This document shows positions 16,641 through 27,300 of a stretch of 35,764 bases of DNA, piece after piece (position 1 is the first letter of the stretch; each line of letters begins with the position of its first letter). A program made the position numbers and the translations under genes. Location: positions 1-35,764 of the forward strand of contig JBFLYA010000010.1 in assembly GCA_040757115.1 (NCBI GenBank), given 5' to 3'. The stretch comes from a bacterium (lineage in GTDB: Bacteria > UBA9089 > CG2-30-40-21 > SBAY01). The notes under the pieces are model-generated. The model saw only the letters and a program-made list of their open reading frames with translations. It was not told where the DNA came from and made no database searches.

Positions 16641-17739
16641 AGACTTCAGTTCCGCCGGCGTAAATTCCACGAACATTCAATCTAAACTCTTCAGGATTAC
16701 TGGAGGCATCGAGTGCATCTTCAAAGGTAACTAAACCATTTTGATAAAGGTAGACCAATGATTGATTAAATGATTGCATCCCATAAAATTTTCCGCCAGT
16801 AATAGCTGAGGAAATTTGAGGTGTTTTTCCTTCTTCGATTAACTTTCGGACTAACGGTGTTACGGTCAAAATTTCCACAGCCGGCACCCGACCATGACCA
16901 TCCGCTCTTGGTAATAATCGTAGAGAAACTATGCCTTTCAAGACAAGTGAGAGCTGCATCCGCACCTGGTTATGTTGATAAGGTGGGAAGAAATTAATTA
17001 TTCGTTCTACTGTTTGAGGGGCATCAATTGTGTGCATTGTTGTTAATACTAAATGTCCGGTTTCTGCGGCAGACAAGCACGCTGAGAGACTTTCTATATC
17101 ACGCATTTCACCTATCAGTATCACATCTGGATTTTGACGAACAATGTGTTTTAGTGCCTCAGCAAAGGAAAGGGTATCCATTTCTACTTCTCGTTGTTCA
17201 ATAACCGATTCCCGATCTCGATGTAGAAATTCAATTGGGTCTTCCACCGTAACGACATGAGCCCGACGAGTAGAATTTATGTGGTCAAGCATTGCGGCTA
17301 AAGTTGTAGATTTACCTGAACCCGTCGCCCCGGTAACGACAATTAATCCCCTTGGGATACTGGCTAAATCCCGAATTACCTCAGGCAAATATAACTCTTC
17401 AAAACCCGGTATCTCAAAAGGAATCATTCTAAAAACAAGTGCTGTGGTATTTCTTTGACAAAACATATTACATCTAAATCTACCAATCCCGGAGGCACTA
17501 TAGGCTAAATCCAATTCATAGCTTTCTTCAAATTTCCGTTTTTGGTCATCATTCATAATCGAATAGGCTAATTCCGAGGTTTCCGCTGGTGAAAGTCTGG
17601 GAAATACATCCACTCTATTATCTTGCATCATATAGGTTAATTTACCATCTATCCGCAAGACCGGTGGACTACCTACTTTAAGATACATATCTGAGGCTTT
17701 TTCATTTACCATTTTTCGTAAATATTCATTAACATGCAT
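16618..17739 (-). CDS. pilT: Type IV pilus retraction ATPase, PilT/PilU family
   Basis: ASDMYLKVGSPP, GATGSGKSTTLAAM, TVEDPIEF, QNPDVILIGEMRD, AAETGHLVLTTMHT, GMQSFNQSL. Confidence 0.85.
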   Translation of the reverse strand: MHVNEYLRKMVNEKASDMYLKVGSPPVLRIDGKLTYMMQDNRVDVFPRLSPAETSELAYSIMNDDQKRKFEESYELDLAYSASGIGRFRCNMFCQRNTTALVFRMIPFEIPGFEELYLPEVIRDLASIPRGLIVVTGATGSGKSTTLAAMLDHINSTRRAHVVTVEDPIEFLHRDRESVIEQREVEMDTLSFAEALKHIVRQNPDVILIGEMRDIESLSACLSAAETGHLVLTTMHTIDAPQTVERIINFFPPYQHNQVRMQLSLVLKGIVSLRLLPRADGHGRVPAVEILTVTPLVRKLIEEGKTPQISSAITGGKFYGMQSFNQSLVYLYQNGLVTFEDALDASSNPEEFRLNVRGIYAGGTEVYEFKQEE

Positions 17740-17883
17740 CTTCTTCTGAAAATAGTAGTCACTAGTTAGTAGTCAGTAGTCAGTAATTACTGTCCACTGG
17801 TTACTAATCACTATTTTTATCTCCTTTCGAAAATAGTAGTTAGTAGTCAGATTAAGGAATATTCTGTCTACTATCTACTTAAT

Positions 17884-19035
17884 TCAATCTGCCTGTCTTC
17901 TTAAGAAAGTAGGGATTTCGAAGAGGTCGCTATTATAAACATTAATTCTTTCCTGGATTGCTTCCTGTTGTTTTTCATATTCGGCTTTTTTAAATATTTT
18001 TTCTCCTTTGAAACTTTCCATATCTATTGTTTTCGCTTGTGATTGTGGCACTCGTTCTATTTTTGGAACTGTTTTCCCAAATCCCGTGGCAATAACTGTA
18101 ATTTTTATTTCACCCTGAATCGCTTCAGAAGTAACCGCACCGAAGATAATATTTGCATTTCTATCTGCCTTTTCTGTAATAAAAGTAGCGGCTTCATCTA
18201 TTTCGGATAAAAGCATATCTGTTCCACCAGTAATATTTATCAATATTCCTTGAGCACCCTCAATAGATGCTTCTTCTAACAAGGGGGATGAAACGGCATG
18301 TTGAGCGGCATGTAGGGCTCGATTTTCACCGGTGCCGACTCCAATGCCCATCAGTGCATTTCCTTTAGAAGACATAATCGTCCGCACATCGGCAAAATCA
18401 AGATTAATTATTCCCGGGATAGTAATTAAATCTGATATTCCTTGAATAGCCTGTCTTAAGACATTATCTGCGACTTTAAAGGCATCCAGGATAGTTGTAT
18501 TTTTTTCAACAACACCTAATAATTTTTGATTGGGAATGGTAATAAGTGTATCAACCTTATCAACGAGTTCTGCTAAACCTAATTCACCCTGCTGGATGCG
18601 TTTTTGTCCCTCAAATAAAAATGGTTTAGTCACAACGGCAACAGTAAGAGCACCTGATTCCCGTGCAATTTCCGCAATAATTGGTGCGGCTCCTGTACCT
18701 GTTCCACCACCCATACCCGCGGTGATAAATATCATATCTGATCCGACTAATGCTTCCTGGAGTGTTTCTCTATCTTCTTGTGCGGCTCGCTGTCCTATTT
18801 CTGGATTAGACCCAGCACCTAACCCTTTGGTCAATTTATCACCAATCTGTATTTTGTATGGGACAATTGATGTTTTTAGCGCCTGGGCATCCGTATTAGT
18901 TACTATAAATTCAATACAGCTATTGCTCATTCGATTAGCAAACATACCATTGACCGCATTACTTCCCCCTCCGCCAACACCAATTACTTTAATCTTCGTT
19001 GGTGATGTTACATCATTTTCAAATTCAAAACCCAT
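17884..19035 (-). CDS. ftsZ: Cell division protein FtsZ
   Basis: [32 protein letters not shown]-terminal [11 protein letters not shown]. Confidence 0.99.
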   Translation of the reverse strand: MGFEFENDVTSPTKIKVIGVGGGGSNAVNGMFANRMSNSCIEFIVTNTDAQALKTSIVPYKIQIGDKLTKGLGAGSNPEIGQRAAQEDRETLQEALVGSDMIFITAGMGGGTGTGAAPIIAEIARESGALTVAVVTKPFLFEGQKRIQQGELGLAELVDKVDTLITIPNQKLLGVVEKNTTILDAFKVADNVLRQAIQGISDLITIPGIINLDFADVRTIMSSKGNALMGIGVGTGENRALHAAQHAVSSPLLEEASIEGAQGILINITGGTDMLLSEIDEAATFITEKADRNANIIFGAVTSEAIQGEIKITVIATGFGKTVPKIERVPQSQAKTIDMESFKGEKIFKKAEYEKQQEAIQERINVYNSDLFEIPTFLRRQAD

Positions 19036-19056
19036 GAATTTTTACCCCCTTGTGTT

Positions 19057-19141
19057 TGGTAACTGGTAACTGGTAATTAGTTACCAATTACCAGTTACCA
19101 CTTAACCGATTAGTTAGTTTATAATTTCGTGAAGCCCTATT
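19057..19141. repeat. Heptamer palindrome (TGGTAAC)n/(CAGTTAC)n plus a 20-bp tail motif
   Basis: TGGTAAC TGGTAAC TGGTAAT TAGTTAC CAATTAC CAGTTAC; tail TAATTTCGTGAAGCCCTATT recurs at 21220-21239. Confidence 0.75.
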
Positions 19142-19186
19142 AATTTTGGATTTTAGATTGGGAAAAGATTTCCATCAATCCAACAT

Positions 19187-20416
19187 CTAAAAGAATTCTC
19201 CAACCCATTCTTTCATTCGATTCAGAACTCTTTGAAAGGCATTTCTTCCACCCAATTTAGTTTTCTTGCCTTCTAATTTATGCATCATACCATAAGTTAC
19301 CAGTCCGACACCCGTTGAGTATAGTGGTGAATTAACCACATCGACTAAACCACTTACTCCCCGTGGGAAACCAATTCTAACGGGTAAATCAAATACCCGT
19401 TCGGCTAATGCGGCTGTGCCTTCTAACATCGAAGCGCCGCCCGTTAAAACAACTCCTGAAGTAACTAAATTTTCATAGCCCGTCATTCTTATTTCTTGAT
19501 TTATCAAGCTGAAGATTTCTTCCATTCGTGGTTCAATAATCTCAGCTAATACCTGTCGCGGCAAAGTTCTTTCTTTGTATTCTCCTACTGATGGAATACC
19601 AATCGTTTCGCCATTTTTAATTAAAGAACCCATACAACAGCCATAATTTATTTTAATCTTCTCTGCCTCAACAATTGGTGTTCGTAATCCAACAGATATA
19701 TCTTTCGTCACATTATCTCCACCAATAGATAAAACGCCTGTGTGCCAGATACTTCCATCAATGAAGATAACAATATCGGTTGTTCCACCACCAATATCTA
19801 CCAGAACAATACCTAAATCTTTTTCATCTTCAGTTAAAACTGCATAGGCATCAGCTAAAGGTTCAAGGACAATATCATCCACCTCAAAGCCGGCTCGATT
19901 AACACATTTGATAATATTTTGAGCCGAGGTCACGGCGCCGGTAACAATATGAATTTCTACTTCTAATCGAACTCCAGACATTCCAACGGGTTCTTTTATT
20001 CCATCCTGACCGTCGATAATAAATTGTTGTGGTAAAACATGAATTACTTCGCGGTCAAGTGGGATAGATACGGCTTTGGCGGCATCTATGACGCGTTCGA
20101 CATCTGCCTGAGTTACCTCGCGACCCCTTGAAATAGCAATGACACCATGACTATTCATCCCTTTTATATGCCCACCGGCAATACCAGCAAATACCGATGA
20201 TACCTCTACACCGGCCATAAGTTCTGCTTCACTGACTGCATTCTCAATAGATTTAACCGTAGAATCAATATTTACAACTACCCCTTTTCGTAATCCATGA
20301 GAGGGGCTGGTGCCCACACCGATTATTTCTACCCTATCTTCGTCAATCTCTCCTATAACGGCACAAACCTTTGTTGTCCCTATATCCAATCCAACGATTA
20401 TATCTTCTTTTGCCAT
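19187..20416 (-). CDS. ftsA: Cell division protein FtsA
   Basis: GLDIGTTKV, GLRKGVVVNID, VDIGGGTTD, VLTGGAS, C-terminal amphipathic helix; directly upstream of ftsZ. Confidence 0.99.
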   Translation of the reverse strand: MAKEDIIVGLDIGTTKVCAVIGEIDEDRVEIIGVGTSPSHGLRKGVVVNIDSTVKSIENAVSEAELMAGVEVSSVFAGIAGGHIKGMNSHGVIAISRGREVTQADVERVIDAAKAVSIPLDREVIHVLPQQFIIDGQDGIKEPVGMSGVRLEVEIHIVTGAVTSAQNIIKCVNRAGFEVDDIVLEPLADAYAVLTEDEKDLGIVLVDIGGGTTDIVIFIDGSIWHTGVLSIGGDNVTKDISVGLRTPIVEAEKIKINYGCCMGSLIKNGETIGIPSVGEYKERTLPRQVLAEIIEPRMEEIFSLINQEIRMTGYENLVTSGVVLTGGASMLEGTAALAERVFDLPVRIGFPRGVSGLVDVVNSPLYSTGVGLVTYGMMHKLEGKKTKLGGRNAFQRVLNRMKEWVGEFF

Positions 20417-20461
20417 TTAATATCTCCTTATTTTTGGTAATTGGTAATTAGGGAACGGTAA

Positions 20462-21186
20462 CTAGTGCTCTGTCGCTACTCAATTGATGTCCCCCCTGGC
20501 CTAATCATTACCCACATCTTTTAGTGGACAGATTAGATAGAAATTCCAAATTCCAAGCACCAAATTCCAAATAAATTCCAAATTCCAAACACTAAATTCC
20601 AAAGTTTATATTACAACGATAAAAATTCATTTAGACTTTTCAATAATTGAAGAAAAAATTTTCTTCAATTCTATTGCCTCCTTGAAAAGCCTTTCTCCTT
20701 CTTGTTTAAATTTTTCATCGTTAGTTCCAATTATTAATCTTAACCAATAAGCAGATTCTTTTGATTCTTTACGACAAATCTTTATTCTCATCTTAAAATC
20801 TTTCGAGCCTAAAGACTCATTTGCCTCAATATAGTTTGCTCCAACTGAACCCGAAGCCCTAATTATTTGCTTTACATATTCGATATTAGTAATAGTTTTA
20901 GGTAGTTTCTTACAGAATAAAGCAACCTCTTGAGCAAATTGATAAGTTCTTTCTTCTAAATCATATTGTTTGGAATTTTGAATTTTGGTCATTGGAATTT
21001 ATTTGTATTTTGGAATTTGTGATTTGGAATTTTGCCACTCACTCCGCTCTCCTGCAATCTCTAATCTCCCCTTTATAGTTTATCCTTGCTTACCTCATCT
21101 TGTTACCCAACTTGTGGGTAACGATAAGACTCCCGCCAGCGGGGGACAACGGCCAATCAATCACTTGAATGGCGACAGAGCACTAG
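20462..21186. mobile_element. CTAG-bounded MITE (IS630/IS5-like ends) carrying a four-helix-bundle gene
   Basis: CTAGTGCTCTGTCGC / GCGACAGAGCACTAG with longer imperfect internal inverted repeats; no transposase. Confidence 0.75.
20627..20992 (-). CDS. Four helix bundle protein (TIGR02436 / 23S rRNA-IVP / Avd-like)
   Basis: DLEERTYQFA, QIIRASGSVGANYIEANE, KDFKMRIKICRKESKESAYWLRL. Confidence 0.92.
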   Translation of the reverse strand: MTKIQNSKQYDLEERTYQFAQEVALFCKKLPKTITNIEYVKQIIRASGSVGANYIEANESLGSKDFKMRIKICRKESKESAYWLRLIIGTNDEKFKQEGERLFKEAIELKKIFSSIIEKSK

Positions 21187-21238
21187 TTACCTCTTATCAG
21201 TTAACCAATTACTTACTTTTAATTTCGTGAAACCCTAT

Positions 21239-21386
21239 TTATTCTAACAGTCCAAATACCTTTACTTGCTGATTATTTCTATCTACTACATAGATATTGC
21301 CCTTATTGTCACAGGCAATACCTGCTGGTTTATTCAAACCATACCATTGTAGCACAAAACTACCCATTTTGTCAAATTTTTTTATT
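21239..21386. repeat. Direct repeat copy 1 (3' end of the giant gene)
   Basis: Matches 32403-32549 with 5 substitutions and 1 indel. Confidence 0.92.
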
Positions 21387-24300
21387 CGGTTATTGTTCGT
21401 ATCTGAGATATAAATATATCCCTGACCATTTACTACTATGCCTTCAGGCTTGTTAAACTTGCCGTCTTCCTTAATTTGCATCTGCAAAATTCCTTCTTTA
21501 TCAAACTTTAATACCCGGTCATTATTTCTATCTGCAACATAAATATTACCTTGCTCATCTACGAATATTCCTGCTGGTTTGTTTAGTAGTTGATTACCTA
21601 TTTCTATGAGTAATTCTCCTGCTTGATTAAATTTTAATATTCGATTGTTATTGGAATCTGTAACATAGATATTACCTTTTTCATCTAATGTTACCCCAGT
21701 TGGCTTGTTAAAGCCTTTACCTATCTCCATAATTAATCTTCCATCTTTATCAAACTTTACTATCCGATTGTTATTAGTATCTGCGACATAAAGATTATCT
21801 TCACTGTCTATGGCAATTCCTTCTGGATGATTTAATCCTTCATCCTGTCCAATTATCTCTATTAACCCTCCTTTTGAGTCAAATTTTAGTATCTCTCCAG
21901 TGTTGGAATGGTTAGTAACATAGATATTTTCTTCCCTGTCTAAAGCCACATAGCTGGGGTGAAATTTCCCCTTTTCATAACTAATAGTGGTTAAAAGTTC
22001 TGGTTTACCAATAAATATTACCACACTATCTTCTATTAAATTAGTTACCTTATCTTCTGTTGTTACTTTTAAGGTATAGTATGAGTCTTGAGTTAATTTT
22101 GATGTCTCCCATTTGAATTCTATCAATGAGACAGTTCCTTTAGTTAATTCTGTCCATGTAGGAGTATCTGTCCCTTGTGCATAACTTATCTTGTAATCTT
22201 CTAAATGAATATCCTCTATTGTCCCGAAAATAGTTATTGTCCCTTGAAATATCTGACAGACACCAACATTTTCCTTTGAGGGTGAAATTAGCTCTACCTT
22301 CGGTGAAGTCGTATCCAAAATCACAGTGATATTCTTTGTTGTTTCTGTATTCCCAGCCTTATCTACCCCACGGTAATAAATCGTATGTGTCCCATCTTCA
22401 TACCCGGCTAAAGTAAATATCCCGGCTCTAATCCAGGATTGATTATCAACATTGTATTCCGTATATCCTATTCCTGAGAAATTGTCAACTGAAGTTAGTG
22501 TAAACGGTGTAACTCCACTGACAATAGTCTCCTGGTAGTTTGGAATGCCAATAGAAATAGTTGTTACGGGTGGAATGATGTCAATTACCCTGACATAACT
22601 ACTGGCAATAGATATTGTCTTTCCTTCTGCTTCTGCCTGTAACGCAAGCAGATATGACTTAGCCTCCAACCCGGCTGTCTCTACTACCAGACTACTGCCA
22701 TAATTTGCACCCATAGGCAAATTAATTACTTCGGTGAATGTCTTAACTACTGCTTTTGTCTCCGGGTCAATTATAAGTTTATTAACAGTTAAACTACCCA
22801 GGTCAATATTACCTATGTTGGTTAAGGAATAATTCAAGGTAAAGGCGGCAGGACCTTCAACTACCTTCGGTTCTGCTCCAATCTGTCCCTTAATGCCCGT
22901 CCCACTTTCTAAACTGGAGAGTATCTTAAAAGAAGCAGTGGCTTGATGTATGGGTTCATTCTGGTAATAGACTATTTGAGTGACAGAATAGGTGCCCGCT
23001 GAATTTGTGAGTGTATTCCAATACGATTTTAGGTCCTTTCTTGCCTCTGGTAAAAGAATGGGAATAGGCTTTTGGTCAGTAAAAATAGGTTTTCCAACAT
23101 CATTAGTAATTGCTATTTCAACTACCAGATTCTCAAAGGTAAAATTAGGGCTCTGACTCTTTATATTACTCAGGATAGTTACATCTGTGTTAGCAGAATA
23201 AGAAATTTTGTCAGTAGCCACTGATGCATCTATCTCTAATACTGGCAAAATAGCAAAATTATCCGTGGTTTGAACTCTGGGTATTCCTACCTCACTCAAT
23301 ACTGCCTTTACCTGATAATCTGCAGATATAACATCTCTGGTGTTCCAGATAAGGGAATAGTTTCTTTGTTCTGCTGGAGTAATCCCGGCTATCGACACTG
23401 TCCCTACTTTATCTACCAAATTACCTTTTATATCAACAATTTCTATCTCAGCCATCAGGTCTTTTACCAGATTACTCAGATTAGTTACCTCTATTTGAAT
23501 ATCTACCTTTTCAAAGGCAGTATAAGTAGCTTTGTTAGTTGATGCCCTCAAACTAAATTGGGCGGGGTTAATCAGAATGGTCTTTTGATATGAATTATTG
23601 GTCTCGTCTAACTCTTCAATCTGTGAATCCGGGTCAGCCGTAACGATAATCTCACGCTCACCTGCGTTGCCCAGGGTATTCCAGATTAAGGAAACATCCT
23701 TTGTTCCTGCCAGCGGAATTGAGGATACTACTACATCACCCATATCTGAAAATCGAACCTTAACTCCGCAGACCTCTTGACCATAATTATGCACTACCGC
23801 CGTAATTACTACCTCATCGCCTTCCGTTGGGGTTGGGTTGGAGAAAGAGATACTATCTATACTCAAGTCTGGCTTATCTGGAATGGCTATATCTATGGCT
23901 TTATGAGTGATATTATTAACTTCATTAGACTCATCAATCAGGTTGTCTGGATCTACTATAACATAGATATAATTTTGCCCACTCTGGCTTAATGTATCCC
24001 AGGTTATCTGAGCAGTTGCCACCCCTCCAGCAAGAATTTGGGAAATATTGCTTACTCCTATCTCGTTGCTTCCTGGTATATCTGGATTGCCATCAAAGAA
24101 CTGAACAACCACATTATTTGCTGAAATCCCACCCTGGTTATGAACTACCGAGGTGATAACAACTGGCTTGCCTTCGGTTGGCTGGGAAGGTGAAAAGGTA
24201 ATATCATCTTTGCCTATGCTCAAATCTGGTTTTGGAACCATACCACTAATTACTGTTATAGAAACAGAAGCAAAGTTATTAGTTTCATTCATCTCTTTTA

Positions 24301-27300
24301 TCGTATCTAATGGGTCGACAACTACATAAATATTGTGTATTCCAATAGTTGACACCCAATTAATTTGAGCTGTTTCTGTAGAGTGTGGGAGAATAGTTGC
24401 TATTGTTTTTGTCCCTATTAAAATTCCACCATCCGCAGGATTTCCATCATAAAAATTCAACCAGATATCATTTGCCTCAAGCTCACCAATATTATGAATT
24501 ATAGCTGTAATTGTTAGATATTCACCTTCTATTGGGTTTGAATTTGAAAAAGATATATCTGATTCGGAAAGTGTAATATCCGGCTTCATCAATAACCATT
24601 TGATTATATTTCTGAATAATTGAATCCAATCACCCGGGGAGGCATCTAACACTCCTCCACTATCCCATGAGGCATATATCTCTTCCGCCATTAAAACTGT
24701 TTTATGTCCCTGATAGCAAATAAATACATCTTCATATTTATCAACTAATAAAGGTTGTGCACCATCTAACTCAAATTTATCGTTATCCGGATCAGCTATA
24801 CTTCCCAAATCACTCACTCCCTGGGCAAAGAAAGAGTTCTTAAAAGTAAATGGAGCGGTAAAATGTTTCTCTGTTGATGCGCTAATTCCAAAAAGAGGGA
24901 AAATTATATCATGTATCCACCACTCTGCTCCAATATCATCCTGGGCTAAGAATACTGCCCCTCCTTTATTAAGATACTCTCTTATCGCCTCTGCCTCCTG
25001 TGTAGTAATTTTATAATCATGCTCAGTAACTACAATCACCTCATAATCTTTAAGATGCTCATAGATGTAATTTTGTTCTGTTACTCCCACAATAGGCAAC
25101 TCATTACTATTTAGCCTGTTAGCCACCTCCATATAAAAGTGCCCTACTACACCTACCTTAACCTCCGGTAACACCTCTGATGGTGTAGCCTTTGCTTCTA
25201 TTGATTTTTCACTTTCATTACCTGCTTTATCTAAGGCTGTTATCCTATAAGCATATTCCTGGCCATTGGTAAGTCCAATATCCCAATACAAAGTCCCAAC
25301 TATTATAGTTGGGTTAATTTTACTCCCATCACGATATATGTTATATCCGGCTAAATCGGATTCAGTATTAGCAGTCCAATTTAAATAGACAAATTTGTTC
25401 CCTGGTGTTGCCTTTAACCCTGTTGGTGCTTGGGGTGGTGTAGTATCTAATATAATGACTATTGGTAATGAAGGTTGACTCCTATAACTATCTTTAATTG
25501 CTACCACAGTAATAGTATTTGTTCCTTCGATTAAACCTACTCCTGTAAAGGTAAATGTCCCATCATCATCAGCCATAGTTATTCCAAAAGATATACCATT
25601 AGCAAATACTTCAACCTCTATATTTGGCTCTGTTTTTCCAGAGATAGTTATAGGAGTAGTATTAACCCAGATGGGTGTCCCGGCAATGGTAGGAAAGGTA
25701 ATAGTCGGTGGATTGATGTAATAGCCTTGAGGTGTAGCACATACAGATGCAGAATGCTCACTTTCATTCCCTTCTTTATCTACTGCGGTGACAGTATAGG
25801 TATAAATTAGTCCATTAATCAATCCTGTATCTCGATAGTTTGTAGAGATAATCAACGCTGTATTTATCTTAACCCCATTTCGATATAAATTGTATCCAGC
25901 CAGATTTCCTTCAGGATTTGCATTCCAGCTCAGGTCTATCATACTATTGCCTGGAATAGCAATTAATCCGGTAGGTGCTGATATAGTAGGCGTCCCTTTG
26001 ACTGTAAGGGTTTTAGAGATGATATTATTTGCCTTATTGGATTCAACGATGCTCTTTGCTGGGTCAACTACCACATAGATATCATAAATTCCAGCCGGGA
26101 GTGGTCCATAATCAAGTGTAAGTTCAGCCTGTGCTCCACCTGGTAATAAAGCACAGGTAGATGTGCCCAATTCATAACCATTTTCCGCAGGATTTCCATC
26201 ATATAACTCTACCACAACATCCTTTGCGGCTGACTCACCCAGATTATAAACTATGACCTTAATAGCTACTACATCTCCCTCTTGAGGATTTATTGGGTTA
26301 AATGAAATGCTGGCAGTTAAATCAGGTAATGTTGCCACTGTCAGGTTCTTCTCGGCGATGTTATTTGTCTCATCCCGCTCTTTAATTTGATTCGCCGGGT
26401 CAACCTCTACAACAATCTTATGCGTCCCCGCCGTAAATGTCCCTACCAAACTCACCGTTGCACTTCCTCCATCTTCTATCTCACCAATGGCTAATGACTG
26501 ATGACTAATGACTCCTTCCACATCCTTAACCGGTGTGCCACCATAATTCCAGATAGTCGCTTTAATCGTCACAGGCTCACCTTCAACAGGCACCTCAGGT
26601 TCAAAGGTAATATCTTGCCAACTTATCGCCAGGTCTGGTGCCGAATCCTTCAATGCCCGCAATGCTAAGGCCGTAGTATAGGCATCTTGATTCCAACTGC
26701 CGTCTTCATCTTGAGCATCCAAAATATATTCTAATGTCTTCTCTAAATCCGCAATCCGCAATCCGCAATTTGCAATCGCAGAATATGCCAATGCTGTTTC
26801 CCAGATACTATTCCTAAAACTACCATCTGCATTTTGCTGGGATATAAGCCACTCAACTGCTTTATCAATTGCAGGCTCAACATAAAAATCCAGGCGATAC
26901 TGGTTAAGTACAAGAAGTACTAAAGCAGTAAGATAAATGTTACTTCCACTCTCAGAAGTAAATCCCCAGCTTCCATCTGGGTTCTGGTTAGCCGAGATGT
27001 AAGAGATGGCATTGTTAATGATGGTGGTATCAGAATAATTAGCCATACAAAGAGCTTTTAGTACTAAGATAGTATTTAGTATAGTGCTTTTAAATCCTTT
27101 ATTAATTCCCCAGCCACCATCACTATTTTGGGCTAAGGTAAGTGTACCGATAAGCGGAGTAGTCTGAGTACCAAAAGTTGCTAATGTATTTATCTTTCTT
27201 GCTAATTGACGAATACAAGTAGTATCTTGACTTGTAATCCAATTAACAACATTTATAGTTGGAGTATCTAAGAGATTAAGATAACATAAGGTATCAGCAA

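Noticed and set aside
18530-19069. 179-aa antisense ORF and other short shadow ORFs
   Set aside because: They overlap well-supported genes and have no recognisable motifs.
20627-20992. Diversity-generating retroelement or 23S rRNA intervening sequence
   Set aside because: No reverse transcriptase or rRNA sequence in the window. The 147-bp repeat differences are mostly synonymous and not uniformly adenine-specific.
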